Assembly (NCBI GenBank): GCA_963728405.1
Contig: CAVSJV010000005.1
Location: 96,001-160,000 of the forward strand
Reading direction: 5' to 3'
Source of the DNA: Methanomassiliicoccaceae archaeon
Lineage (GTDB): Archaea; Thermoplasmatota; Thermoplasmata; Methanomassiliicoccales; Methanomassiliicoccaceae
Length of the DNA: 64,000 bases
Position numbers and translations under genes: made by a program. Numbering within the stretch: the first letter of the stretch is position 1; each line of letters starts with the position of its first letter. The notes under the pieces are model-generated. The model was not told the origin of the DNA. It was given only the letters and a program-made list of their open reading frames with translations, and did no database searches. Positions 54,491 to 64,000 of this stretch are shown one piece after another.

Positions 54491-54937
54491 CTACTGGTCG
54501 GCCTTGGAGGTTCCTGGACTCTCCAGACAGCCGGAATAGCTGGCCCCTTTGGTCTCCACAAGCGCGCCGGCCAGGCACTTGGACATGGCTTCGGATATGG
54601 TTCCGGAGCAACCCGCATGGACCTTGATGTGTGCCGTCTCCAGGATGGCCGAGGCCTTCGGCCCTATATTGCCCGTCACCACTGTGTCCACTTTCTCATC
54701 CACGAGCGTTCTAGCACCTTTGAGCCCAGCGGCCGATCCCATGCCCTTCCCCCCATTCTCGATCACCTCGAGTTTGTCGGGGCCGCCCTCCGCGATGATG
54801 AAGTAGGTTGCCCGGGCCAGAGATGAGGAGACCTTGCTGTCCAGTGTCCTGCCGTCGGAAGTGAAGGCCACTCTGCACGGTCCTGACCCCCTCTGTTCTT
54901 TCTTATTGCTGATCCCCTTGTTCATCTTGTCCCTCAT
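54491..54937 (-). CDS. NifB/NifX-family protein
   Basis: VAFTS..LDS, ARATYF and GNIGPKA. Confidence 0.8.
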   Translation of the reverse strand: MRDKMNKGISNKKEQRGSGPCRVAFTSDGRTLDSKVSSSLARATYFIIAEGGPDKLEVIENGGKGMGSAAGLKGARTLVDEKVDTVVTGNIGPKASAILETAHIKVHAGCSGTISEAMSKCLAGALVETKGASYSGCLESPGTSKADQ

Positions 54938-55468
54938 AAAAAATATTGGATGGCTTAGTTATGAACCTTTCTCCTAACAGCGTTAATAACGGCGATGGGG
55001 ATTTTTCGAAACAGCACTGGCCGAGGCCCTCGGGTCCCTTAAAGGCGAGATCAGAAGTTTAGGGACGCTCTCAAGAGATCGAGCGAGAACCGGGGTGACC
55101 GCTGAAGCTTCGTTTCTCGCTCATATTGGGCCGTCCCTTAAATGGTACACCCAATCCGCCCCCCCAATGCATCTGCTCGCATGTGCTTACTGAGCGACCC
55201 CGGCCCTTTTTAGTGTCGGTCCTGATATCGCGAGGGCTCGGTCGGACCTCAGGACATGTGGCGTTGGCGCCAGAGGGCAGGGCGAGGACGGTTGGGCTCG
55301 TAGATCCTGAATGCTATGGCTTTCCTGCCGAAAGCGAGCTTGACCGCCAAGGTGGGCCGGGGCAGCTCGATCTCGGTGGTCATTCCGAACTGAGGGGGGT
55401 CCCACACCAAGACCCGACCCATGGTGACCCAGCACAAGGATTATTACCTCGCAGGCTAGAGAGGGGTC

Positions 55469-55962
55469 GTGGACGAGGTCGACATCGCCCTGTGCAGAAG
55501 CCTACTGAAGAACTCGCGTACGCCGTACTCTGAGCTCGGCAAGACGTTAGGGCTTACTCCGCAAGCGATCCACCGCCGGGTCCAGTCGCTCACCGAGGCG
55601 GGCATCGTGAAGGGCACGACGGCCTTCCGAGCATCCGGGCCTTCGGTCGGATGTGGGTCATGATATACGGGTGGTCCAAAGCCCCCTCGATGAACGATGT
55701 GGCCGAGAAGCTAAGGGTGAAACGGTCCGTCGCGGTCTTCCAGATCGCTAGCGGTAACTTCTCTATATCAAGCTCGGTACGGGACGCCACCGATCTCGCC
55801 CAGCTAGTGTCCTTCACCCAGAAGGCAGCGTCCCTTCACGATGCCCAGGTCGGTATCATGCCCACCCCGCCAGCCGCCCCGGGGGATGCGCTGACGTACC
55901 TGGACCTCCGGTTGATATCGGCCATGCGGGAGGATGCCCGGAAGCCGATTGCCGAAGGGTGA
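55469..55962 (+). pseudogene. Lrp/AsnC-family regulator, frameshifted (~55625) and truncated in its second HTH
   Basis: DEVDIAL...SRTPYSELG HTH; second repeat LTYLDLRLI..MREDARKP is cut short. Confidence 0.7.
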
Positions 55963-55994
55963 CCGGGAGAGACGCCAGGACGCGGTTCTCGGCC

Positions 55995-56795
55995 TTACCC
56001 CTTTAATAACGCTTTGGCTCGCTCATAGGAACGGTCCACGCAGTCCAGGGTGATGTGCTCTTCCTCCAGCTCGCCGCGCTCGAAGTTGAACACCTGGGCG
56101 AACTCGTCGACCTTTTGGTCGAACACGTCCTGGTCCCCCAGTCCGGTGGGGATCTTGAGTGCGAGCTTGTAGCCGGCCAGCTCGAACATCCACTTGATGG
56201 TCGACAGGTCGTCCTTGTCCACCCCCTTGGTGATCTCCATCTTGCTCATCAGCTCCCGCCAGTTCTCCGCCCACGCGGGGGTGAGGTAGAACACCCCGGG
56301 GTACCGTTTCAGAAGTCGGAGGTAGCCGTCAGTTCCACCTAGCACCGCGGCGATGCAGTCGTCCACCGGACGCCCCTCTCGATCGGATAATACTGTGATG
56401 GGGAGGTTCGCGATCTCCATCAGCGGCCCTACATCCTTGAACGCATTGCCGCAGAGGCCGTAGAACAGGAGGATGGAGCGGCTGACCCTTGCCACCTCGG
56501 AAATTGTCTTGGAGACCTCTTCGCGAAGGACCTTGGGGTCCTCGTGGAGCGCCATGGGCTTCATGAGCACCAGCAGAGTGAACTCCCGCTCCTCGACCGA
56601 ACCTATGTTCTCTGGCTCGATCAGCTCGACGGGTGGATGCCCTTTCAGGGCGTTCAGCTTCCTGACCAGATTGACGGAGTCGTCGGACCTGACCGCTATG
56701 ACCTTTTTGATGCTCTCGTCCTTACTCACGGCATAAACGATCTCATCCTCCAATATCGGACAGCCTATGATGCCGAGGACCATGTCAGAGGGCAT
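55995..56795 (-). CDS. DUF1638 domain protein
   Basis: CPILEDE, LHEDP, YGLCGN, DDCI, FYLTPAW. Confidence 0.88.
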   Translation of the reverse strand: MPSDMVLGIIGCPILEDEIVYAVSKDESIKKVIAVRSDDSVNLVRKLNALKGHPPVELIEPENIGSVEEREFTLLVLMKPMALHEDPKVLREEVSKTISEVARVSRSILLFYGLCGNAFKDVGPLMEIANLPITVLSDREGRPVDDCIAAVLGGTDGYLRLLKRYPGVFYLTPAWAENWRELMSKMEITKGVDKDDLSTIKWMFELAGYKLALKIPTGLGDQDVFDQKVDEFAQVFNFERGELEEEHITLDCVDRSYERAKALLKG

Positions 56796-56847
56796 TGGCT
56801 ACCCTCCTCTCACTAACTGGCCTGCTCCCTTCCTCAGGGAATCGGGG

Positions 56848-57599
56848 TTAGCCGGTCCTAATTTCGACACCATGTCCTCGGTGCAGCTCAGTGCCAGTGC
56901 TCCCCTCGCGGTCAGGGAGTAGCGATGCTTCCGGCGATCGAGCATGACTGTACTCTGCATCCACCAGTGTTCGCAGATGGAATTGCAGGTGCCCGGTCTT
57001 CAGCTCTACTGCCCGCCCCAGCTCGGATAGGCTGCGGTCCCCGCGGCGCAGGGCGGCAAGGACCTTGATGCGCCAGGCGTTCGCCAGGGGGTCCAGGACC
57101 GATTCCATCTCCTCAGCGGAGCACTGGAAAGCGGCCGGGTCCGTCCCCCTCTTCATATTGATCTCAGGGCCGAACCTTTCGGCCAGGCCTTCATAGACCT
57201 GGAGGATGGCCCGTACCCTACGCAGGGTCTCCACGGCCGTCTGAGAGCAGTCTCCGTCCTGGCAGGGCGAGCAATCGCCTTTGCATCAGCCCTTCGACCT
57301 CGTCCAATATCTTCCTTGCTCCGGGCAGATCGTCCCTCATGAACGAGCCGGCAGCCCCATCCACGGCCTCTCCGAGCTTTCGGAGACACTGTGCCTTAAG
57401 CTCGCATTCCGAGCTGTCACGAAGGGTGCTTGCATCGTTCTGGAAATGTTCGCCTCCCCTCCTCTCCAACCGCCATCCTCATCTGTTCCAGGAAGGCGCC
57501 TTTCAGGTCCTCGTAGCGAAGGCGCACCATATGGTCACTGAATGTGTTCAGCTCGCTCTTGAGCGATCTGATCTCGGCTAGGACATCTTGGCGGGTCAT
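56848..57599 (-). CDS. ArsR-type winged-helix regulator, several frameshifts
   Basis: PLANAWRIKVL...SELG...GHLQFHL; N-terminal part lies in two other frames. Confidence 0.75.
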
Positions 57600-57671
57600 A
57601 GTTATTGAATAGAAAAGTATTCATTACGAATATTTATGTATTCTCTTGGCCCTCCTATGAATGGTGAAACA

Positions 57672-58083
57672 ATGGTAGCACTACCTGACGCAGTATTCAA
57701 ATTGTTGAACGATCGCGCATCGACCAAGATCCTGGGAACGAGGACGAACAAGAACGATGTGCACATCATAAACTGTCGGCGGCGCTGGGGCGGTAGACCC
57801 AGAGACCATATTCGTCGGTGAGATCTTCATGAAGGCAACTGGAGAGAACCTTAACCTGGCGAAGAAGGAAGGCACCAAGGCCTCGCTTCTAGTAAGCAAG
57901 GGTCCCGAGTCGTATGAGGTCCGCTGTAGCATTAAGGACCACGTTACATCCGGTCCGATGTTCGATCAGATGAAGGAGACCTTCGCGGCGATGAAGTTCG
58001 ACCTCAAGGGACTGTGGCTCTTGAGGCCTGAAGAGGTCTGGAACGAGAGCCCGACTTGGGACTCCGGCCGTAAGATGGTCTGA
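57672..58083 (+). CDS. Pyridoxamine-5'-phosphate-oxidase-like FMN-binding protein, frameshift at ~57775
   Basis: KILGT...VHII, FMKATGENL, EEVWNESP. Confidence 0.75.
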
Positions 58084-58184
58084 GCCAGACCGTCTTTCTT
58101 TTTCATATTCCCGCCGTTCTCAAGCTCACGGGAAATGTGCGGGATGGTTTAACATTTATTGTAAAAGCCTGAAATGAAACGATC

Positions 58185-58544
58185 TCAGGCCACTATCGAT
58201 ATACCGACCACGCCGTAGCTAGCCAGCTCGATGGATGGATTGCTCTCTTGAAAAAGAAGCTCAGCGGCCCGGGAATGGGCGCGGTCAGGGACGATAACGA
58301 GCACCCTGCCACACGACTGGGCGGCCTCGTTGTAATGTTCAAGCGCGTCCGGCCGGGATAGGCTTTCGACGGACTCGACGAACTCGACATACAATGTCTT
58401 GCCGTCCTCGTCGGTTACCGTGATCACTCCCCACTCGATGTCACCATCCTCCTCGATGTCATGTTTGGTGATAACTCCGGGGGTCTCGGTCTGGATCATT
58501 TCCAGCCTCTGCTCAACGATTTCCTCGATGTCTATCCTAGGCAT
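58185..58544 (-). CDS. Acidic hypothetical protein
   Basis: 119 aa ORF with an alpha/beta pattern. Confidence 0.65.
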   Translation of the reverse strand: MPRIDIEEIVEQRLEMIQTETPGVITKHDIEEDGDIEWGVITVTDEDGKTLYVEFVESVESLSRPDALEHYNEAAQSCGRVLVIVPDRAHSRAAELLFQESNPSIELASYGVVGISIVA

Positions 58545-58640
58545 GCCTGGCTGCTCGGAACGCACGGTATAAAGCTGTTCCGGCCGCGGCCGGAAAGGAA
58601 GGCATTATTTAGATCGGGCCGAGGTGGATGGATCAGTCAC

Positions 58641-59267
58641 CTACGGGCCGGCTTGAACGGTGGTCTTAGGCGAGGTCTTCAGCATCTTCCGGACGCTGGC
58701 CACCCAGGCCTTCTTAATGGCCGGGAGCTTCTTTCCTTCCAGGAGGCCGGCCATGTACTGGATGAAGCTGGCTACCATCTCGTCGTTGACCTTCTCAACC
58801 TCATCGACCGGCTCCATGATGCTCAAAGAGACCATTTGGGCCAGGTACGCCTTCACCGCGAAATTGACGTTCCGGGATGACCGTTTTACGATCTCCATCA
58901 GGATCTTATCCTTGGTGGCCTGGAGCGTCAGGTTCAGGTGGATCTCCGGACCGAAGGGCATGAGCCCGGCCAATATGGAGTCGAACATCAAGGCGATATG
59001 ATCATCCAGGTCGCCGCTGATGACCTTGCGAAGATCGTCTCCATCTTCTTTCTGCCCGGTCCGGAAAGCGGCGATCAGCAACTCCTCCTTGCTCGGAAAC
59101 TTCTCCTCTATCTCGGCAACTGGGTGGCCCGCGGTCTTGGCGATATCGGCCATGGATGTCTTGGCGAAACCTTTCTGGGCAAAAACGGTAAGGGCTGCTT
59201 TCAAGATCTCCTGCGTATCATCCCTCTTCTTGGACCCGGGCATATCATCCGTTAATACTGTGGCCAT
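58641..59267 (-). CDS. TetR/AcrR-family regulator
   Basis: ILKAALTVFAQKGF..TSMADIA...FPSKEEL. Confidence 0.85.
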   Translation of the reverse strand: MATVLTDDMPGSKKRDDTQEILKAALTVFAQKGFAKTSMADIAKTAGHPVAEIEEKFPSKEELLIAAFRTGQKEDGDDLRKVISGDLDDHIALMFDSILAGLMPFGPEIHLNLTLQATKDKILMEIVKRSSRNVNFAVKAYLAQMVSLSIMEPVDEVEKVNDEMVASFIQYMAGLLEGKKLPAIKKAWVASVRKMLKTSPKTTVQAGP

Positions 59268-59326
59268 AATTGAACTTTAGTGCCGCTCAAGGATACTACC
59301 ATAAACCCTTCATCGGTTCTTTGCCC

Positions 59327-60453
59327 ATGCAGGATCCCGGATCAGGGGCCAAGGGGTCAGTTAGCATCGTTCTCCTGATCGCAACCGGAGCCGCCGCACT
59401 GGTGGCTGCGTTGATGAACAATATCCTGGTCTTCGTGTTGAGCTGTCTGGCCGGTTACATGTTGTTGCTGCCGAGCATCAAAGCCCGCAGGGCCCGATGG
59501 GAATATCCGAACATCTACAATCTACTCCTGCTCATTCTGGCGTACTTCTCCTTGGTCAGCGGCTTCTTGCTCACGGCTATAGGGACTAGGGGGACTATGG
59601 GCTGTGGTCTCTCAGCTGGTGGCCGGGGCTATGGTCGGTGGCATCGGCTTCTTGATGGCCTACGCTCTTCTCCGTAACGAGATCGAAGCGGGCCATGTGG
59701 CCCCCTTGGCGGTAGCGGGGCTAACTTTCTGTATCGGGCTGGCCATCGGAGCCTTATGGGAGATCATCGAGTTCATGCTTGACACAGTCCTCACCTGGAA
59801 CCTGCAGGGAGGACTGGCGGAGACCATGGCCGACCTGATGGCCGCTGCGGTTGGGGCTGGAGCGGTGGCGATCTCCGCGCTGGCATACATGAGGAACCCC
59901 CGCCCCTCGCTGTTCCATCGATTGCTTGAAGGAATGGCCGCCGGGACCCCTGGGATAATCGGGAGAAGGAACGATGCCGAAATGGTGCGCACCACTATCG
60001 CCAGGGGCGAGAGCGAACGGCTGGAGTTCAAGTCTTCCCTGCGGACCAATATGAGGACCGGGGAGGCAGACCGCCGCATGGAACACGCCGTGCTCAAGAC
60101 CATCGCCGGGTTCCTCAATTCGGACGGAGGGACCTTGCTGGTGGGGGTCAAGGACGACGGCGCGGTGCAGGGGGTGGACGTTCAGCACTTCGATAATCTG
60201 GACAAGTTCTACCTACACTTCACAAATCTGGTGGGAGGAGGCTTGGGGAAAGAGATCTTGCCATTCATCGATAGCAGGCTGGTCGGCATCGACGGGGTGA
60301 CCGTCGCTCGAGGTCACGTTGCCTTCGGGCCTCCCCCCGTCCTTCCTCAGAAATGGCAGCAAGGAAGAGTTCTATGTTCGCTCGGGGGCCTCGTCGATCG
60401 AGCTGCTGGGCCGAGAGCTTCTGGAATATGTCGATAACCACTTCGGCCGGTGA
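59327..60453 (+). CDS. Multi-TM membrane domain fused to a Schlafen/AlbA_2 domain, frameshifts at ~59590 and ~60310-60345
   Basis: LWEIIEF...ETMADL TM region; GESERLEFKSS, IAGFLNSDGGTLLVGVKDDG; C-terminal FYVRSGASS in a shifted frame ending at TGA 60453. Confidence 0.8.
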
Positions 60454-60463
60454 GCATGGAGAG

Positions 60464-62119
60464 CTAAACCTCGACCTTCTCCTTGACCGCCTCACGGAAG
60501 GCCTCCTCGTCCTCCAGGACATGGATGCGCTTTGGCTTGAGCTGCCCCAGGGAGCGGCCCTCCTTCATCCGGCGATCGATGTCCTGCTGAACCATGCTGT
60601 AGGCGTGGGCCTTGGTCACGACTATATCCAATCTGCCAAGCTCGTGGCCGATCGCCAAGGTATGGTTGGGGTCATCGCACTCGGTAAGCAGGTGGCGCAA
60701 AGTCTCTTTCTTGAACTTGGCCGTATCGCTGACATCATGGTCCGGGATGATCAGGAAGCATAGTCGGCCCGGCCGTCCCTTGATGTTATAAAGTTCCCAC
60801 CATCGGATGTTGTACGGGCGCTGCAGGGCCTCGTGGATGTGCCGGGAGTAGATTTTATTGCCCAGGAAGCACCCGCCCTCGTCCTGCACCTCGAAGTCCA
60901 GCGCTTCCACCTCGCGTCCCAGCACCTTGATGAGGGGCAGGGTGACCGTGACATCCTGCCCGTCCACGACCCCCCGATGGGTCCATGCGGGGTCCAAGAC
61001 CTCTATCAGGTCCCCAGTGGGGTATCGGACCAGAGGCAGGCACCCCCCGGGTCTGGTGATAATTAGCTCGCCCCGCAGCCCCTTGGTCCATTCGAACCAA
61101 GGAACTCCATCGACCTTCTGTCTCAGCCCCTCCTTGGCCTCGGCGACCTCGGCGGGGACGGCGATCTCAGGTATGATCGAGTTGAGGAACAAGCTCAGGC
61201 CGGCCTTGCCCGGGTCCAGCTGGGCTGCCAGTATGGGATTCTCGGTACTGCCGAAGACATCGTGGAATGCCATGCTGGGGAAGCTTTCCCGCAGGTCGTG
61301 CAGGTAGGGGGTGAGCGGTTCGGCATAGGTGAAGGCGATCCTGCATCGGGAGAGGGTGCGGGCCAGCCGCTGGTCGTCAAGCCCTCGGAGGTACAGCTGG
61401 CCGATCAACTTGGCCAGCGGTCCCGGCAGGTGGTAATCGCGCTTGAGCTTCTCCCGGACCACGCCCCTCAGGAACTCGGGGTCCTTGACCGTCCTGCCGA
61501 CGAAGTAGAATACCAGGGCCGCGCTGGCCATAACTGTCGATTCGATCGGCCTTTGATGCCCTTTTCATCGCCCGGACCAGGTCGGAGTCCCGGTTGAGAA
61601 GGGTGGTCAGCCTTTCGATCTCTGCCACATCACAGGTCCGGTCCAGGATCGCCCCGGAGACATTGGGAAATGCGCCGCCAAGGTTCCAGCCGATGTCCCC
61701 TTGTTTATACCGACGATACGGCAGAAAACAGCGAAGTCCTTGGCCACGCGATCGACATCAGATTGGCTATAGAACATCCGCTTGGGATTGCCGGTAGAGC
61801 CGGAGGTCTTGAAGGTGTGGTCCGGGGCCCTCAGGAGGCAAGCGTCCAGGCCATGAAGTTCGATGGCCTGATCCATCATCAAGTAGGAAGTGAGCGGGAC
61901 CTTGGAGAGGTCCTCCAGACGGGAGATCGCACCTATCCTTCCTTTGTAAACGGCAGAGCTTTCCGCACCTGCAACGATCTCGGAAAGGAGATCCTGGTGC
62001 CGGGCGAATTGCTCGTCGTACGAGATGAGCATGGGCTCGTCCATATGGCCTACATTGCGGTCAATGCCCTGCCCCTCTCCCTTCATAAGGGGGGTCATGA
62101 CCACATGGTAAATAATCAT
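60464..62119 (-). CDS. Phenylacetate-CoA ligase / GH3-like adenylating enzyme, frameshifts at ~61700 and ~61550
   Basis: TSGSTGNPK, FGSTE, LVRYPTGD, GQLKPKR. Confidence 0.75.
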
Positions 62120-62166
62120 CCTCTGTCTGGAATGCCAAGACGACTAACCACGGCCGTTGTCCTGGC

Positions 62167-63030
62167 TCACATCGCCCGGATCACCAGCAACCGCCACTCT
62201 GCCCCATGAAGGCCGAAGGAGCTCCAGTATACTTCCTTGTTGACCAGCTCTCCCGATGCTACGGACCGGTAATATTGATAAGTTCCGTGCCCTTGGGAGA
62301 CGAGGACGACCTGGTGCATGAATGTCAGGGTCTCGGTGTAGTTCTGATAGATGGGGTCAGTGAACAGGTTGCGTCCTATCTGACTCTCGTCGGTATCATA
62401 AAGCTCTGCACCGTCCGTTTGAAGGCAGGTGAACTGGAACGAAGTACCGGCAAGCTCCTCCCCCACAATATCTTTGAGCATCTCCTGGAGGTTAATGGTG
62501 ACCGAGATGCTGCCGACGAACTTGCCCCCTTGGTCAAAGACCGGGACCTGCATATCGGTGGCCTCGAAACCCTCGACCATGGTGAACACATCGCTCATCA
62601 CGGGCATGAGGGTCTCGTGTAGCCGGACGACCTGGGCCTGGCCGCCGATGTCCTCTCCCTCCGAGCTCTGGTATTTGGACGGTTCCGCGGCAACGATCCT
62701 TCCGTCGCTATCCACCGTTACTATGTCCACGCCATATGAAATATTCTCTAGCAGGCCGGTCATGATCGCTCTGGCCGCCGTGCCGTTAAGTCCCGTTGAC
62801 CTTAGGGAAACGCTCGCCTTGGTCAGGTTCTCATCCGCTTTGACCAGCTCCGACCAGGCTCGGGCCTGGATGCTGTTCAGCGCCTCGGTCATCTCCACTT
62901 TAGCTGTAAGATCGCTCTTTTCCTTAGCCGAGTTAGCGCTCTGCACGTACAACACGGTGAACCCGATCCCGGACATCACCAACAAAAGGACGAGCACAAT
63001 GGAAAATCCCTGGACCTTGGGCAGGTTCAT
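62167..63030 (-). CDS. Membrane-anchored Cache (dCache-like) domain protein with no output domain
   Basis: One N-terminal TM; VPVFD..GKFVG, YD.D.SQIGRN, W-RLLV terminus. Confidence 0.8.
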   Translation of the reverse strand: MNLPKVQGFSIVLVLLLVMSGIGFTVLYVQSANSAKEKSDLTAKVEMTEALNSIQARAWSELVKADENLTKASVSLRSTGLNGTAARAIMTGLLENISYGVDIVTVDSDGRIVAAEPSKYQSSEGEDIGGQAQVVRLHETLMPVMSDVFTMVEGFEATDMQVPVFDQGGKFVGSISVTINLQEMLKDIVGEELAGTSFQFTCLQTDGAELYDTDESQIGRNLFTDPIYQNYTETLTFMHQVVLVSQGHGTYQYYRSVASGELVNKEVYWSSFGLHGAEWRLLVIRAM

Positions 63031-63160
63031 TCTCTCACCGCCGGCCAACCGACGACCTTGATATTAATTTTTTACTTCACAATATTAAGATATGTTAGCG
63101 TCTGGCCAGAATATTCATGCCTCGGCAAATCTTTTCTACATTCATGGAGAGGAAGTAGGG

Positions 63161-63316
63161 ATGGACCCGGACGATCCATTCTCCGGAGAGGATGACGAAG
63201 GAGAACGAGGGGGCATCTGGAAGATCGTATTGATCATCCTGGCGATCGGGCTCGTTCTGCTGATCGCGCTGGGTCTCCTAAGATACTGGATGGTCAATTA
63301 CTATGGTGGTTGGTAG
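63161..63316 (+). CDS. Small single-TM protein
   Basis: Acidic N-terminus plus a hydrophobic helix; GAGG RBS. Confidence 0.55.
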   Translation: MDPDDPFSGEDDEGERGGIWKIVLIILAIGLVLLIALGLLRYWMVNYYGGW

Positions 63317-63324
63317 GGGTCTTC

Positions 63325-64000
63325 TCAGACCCCGTAGGTACGCTCCACCTTATCGTTCAGATAATCAAGGAACGGCTCGATGGTCAGTCCCTCTCCGGTA
63401 ACGACCTTCACCAGGTCGGCGGGGTCGTAGAGGTTACCTTTGGAGTGGATGTTATCCACGAGCCACTGGCGGACCGGTTTGAAGTCCCCCTTCCGGACCG
63501 ATGTTCTCCAGGTCGGAACATCTCTGTCGAGCTTCCTCAAGAACATGCCGCCATAGATGTTGCCCAGAGCATAGCTGGGGAAATATCCGAAGCTCCCGCC
63601 CGCCCAGTGGGTGTCCTGCATTACGCCCTCGGAGTCGTTCTCGATATTGACTCCCAGGTACTTGGAGTACTTCTCGTTCCAGGCGTGGGGTATCTCGTCC
63701 ACGGTGATCTTGTCGGCGAAGATGTCCCGCTCCAGCTCGAACCTTACGATGATGTGCAGCCCATAGGTCACCTCGTCGGCCTCGATCCGGATCTTGGACG
63801 GCTCGGTCGCATTGACCGCCCTGGTGAACTCGCCAAGGCTAGCGCCCGTCAGCGCCTTACCGGTGACCTTGCGAAGCTTCGGCAGCATGTAGCCGATGAA
63901 CTCCGGACTTCTACCAACCATGTTCTCAACGAACCGGCTCTGGGACTCATGGATGCCGTAGCTGGCGGCGCTTCCGATGGGTTGAAACATCCACCGCGCA
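63325..64000 (-). CDS. Carboxypeptidase M32, C-terminal part (partial)
   Basis: HESQSRF, IRIEADE, QDTHW, YFPSY. Confidence 0.93.
   Translation of the reverse strand, partial: ARWMFQPIGSAASYGIHESQSRFVENMVGRSPEFIGYMLPKLRKVTGKALTGASLGEFTRAVNATEPSKIRIEADEVTYGLHIIVRFELERDIFADKITVDEIPHAWNEKYSKYLGVNIENDSEGVMQDTHWAGGSFGYFPSYALGNIYGGMFLRKLDRDVPTWRTSVRKGDFKPVRQWLVDNIHSKGNLYDPADLVKVVTGEGLTIEPFLDYLNDKVERTYGV

Noticed and set aside
53954-54937. Nitrogen-fixation cluster
   Set aside because: Only small NifB/NifX-like domains, which are common in non-diazotrophic archaea; no nifHDK.
58185-58544. Restriction-endonuclease-like nuclease
   Set aside because: The secondary-structure pattern is suggestive, but there is no intact PD-(D/E)XK motif.
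1-64000. CRISPR array or Cas12f/Cas4 system
   Set aside because: I saw no regularly spaced repeats. TnpB has an IS-type right end, and the Cas4-like domain is fused to a helicase with no cas1/cas2 nearby.

Overview
Archaeal chromosomal DNA, most consistent with Methanomassiliicoccales. This is inferred from BRE/TATA-like promoters just upstream of start codons, an archaeal-type tRNA-Leu, and DUF1638, Bat-type HTH and NifB/NifX-family genes; no marker gene confirms it. Left part: a solo tnpB apparently sitting inside a decayed tRNA-Leu gene, then an intact tRNA-Leu(TAA). A ~17.6 kb accessory region follows, closed at ~19.9 kb by a degenerate copy of the tRNA 3' half. It carries gene remnants, an IS5 fragment and a translationally coupled four-gene operon (pyruvyltransferase-like protein, reductase-adenylation fusion, ATC-hydrolase-like protein, Fe-S GMC oxidoreductase). 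Further right are an OtsB1-like HAD/TPP/GH65 fusion with pgk, a large Fe-S PD-(D/E)XK nuclease-SF1 helicase fusion, a PAS histidine kinase, cooT-cooC-cooS next to a NikR-like regulator and a metal ABC transporter, and a glycine-betaine-type ABC transporter with a structured leader. The window ends with regulators, a membrane-anchored Schlafen/AlbA_2 protein and a partial M32 carboxypeptidase. About a dozen genes carry single-base frameshifts, several at homopolymers, probably assembly errors. All family calls come from motif recognition by eye; no database searches were run.
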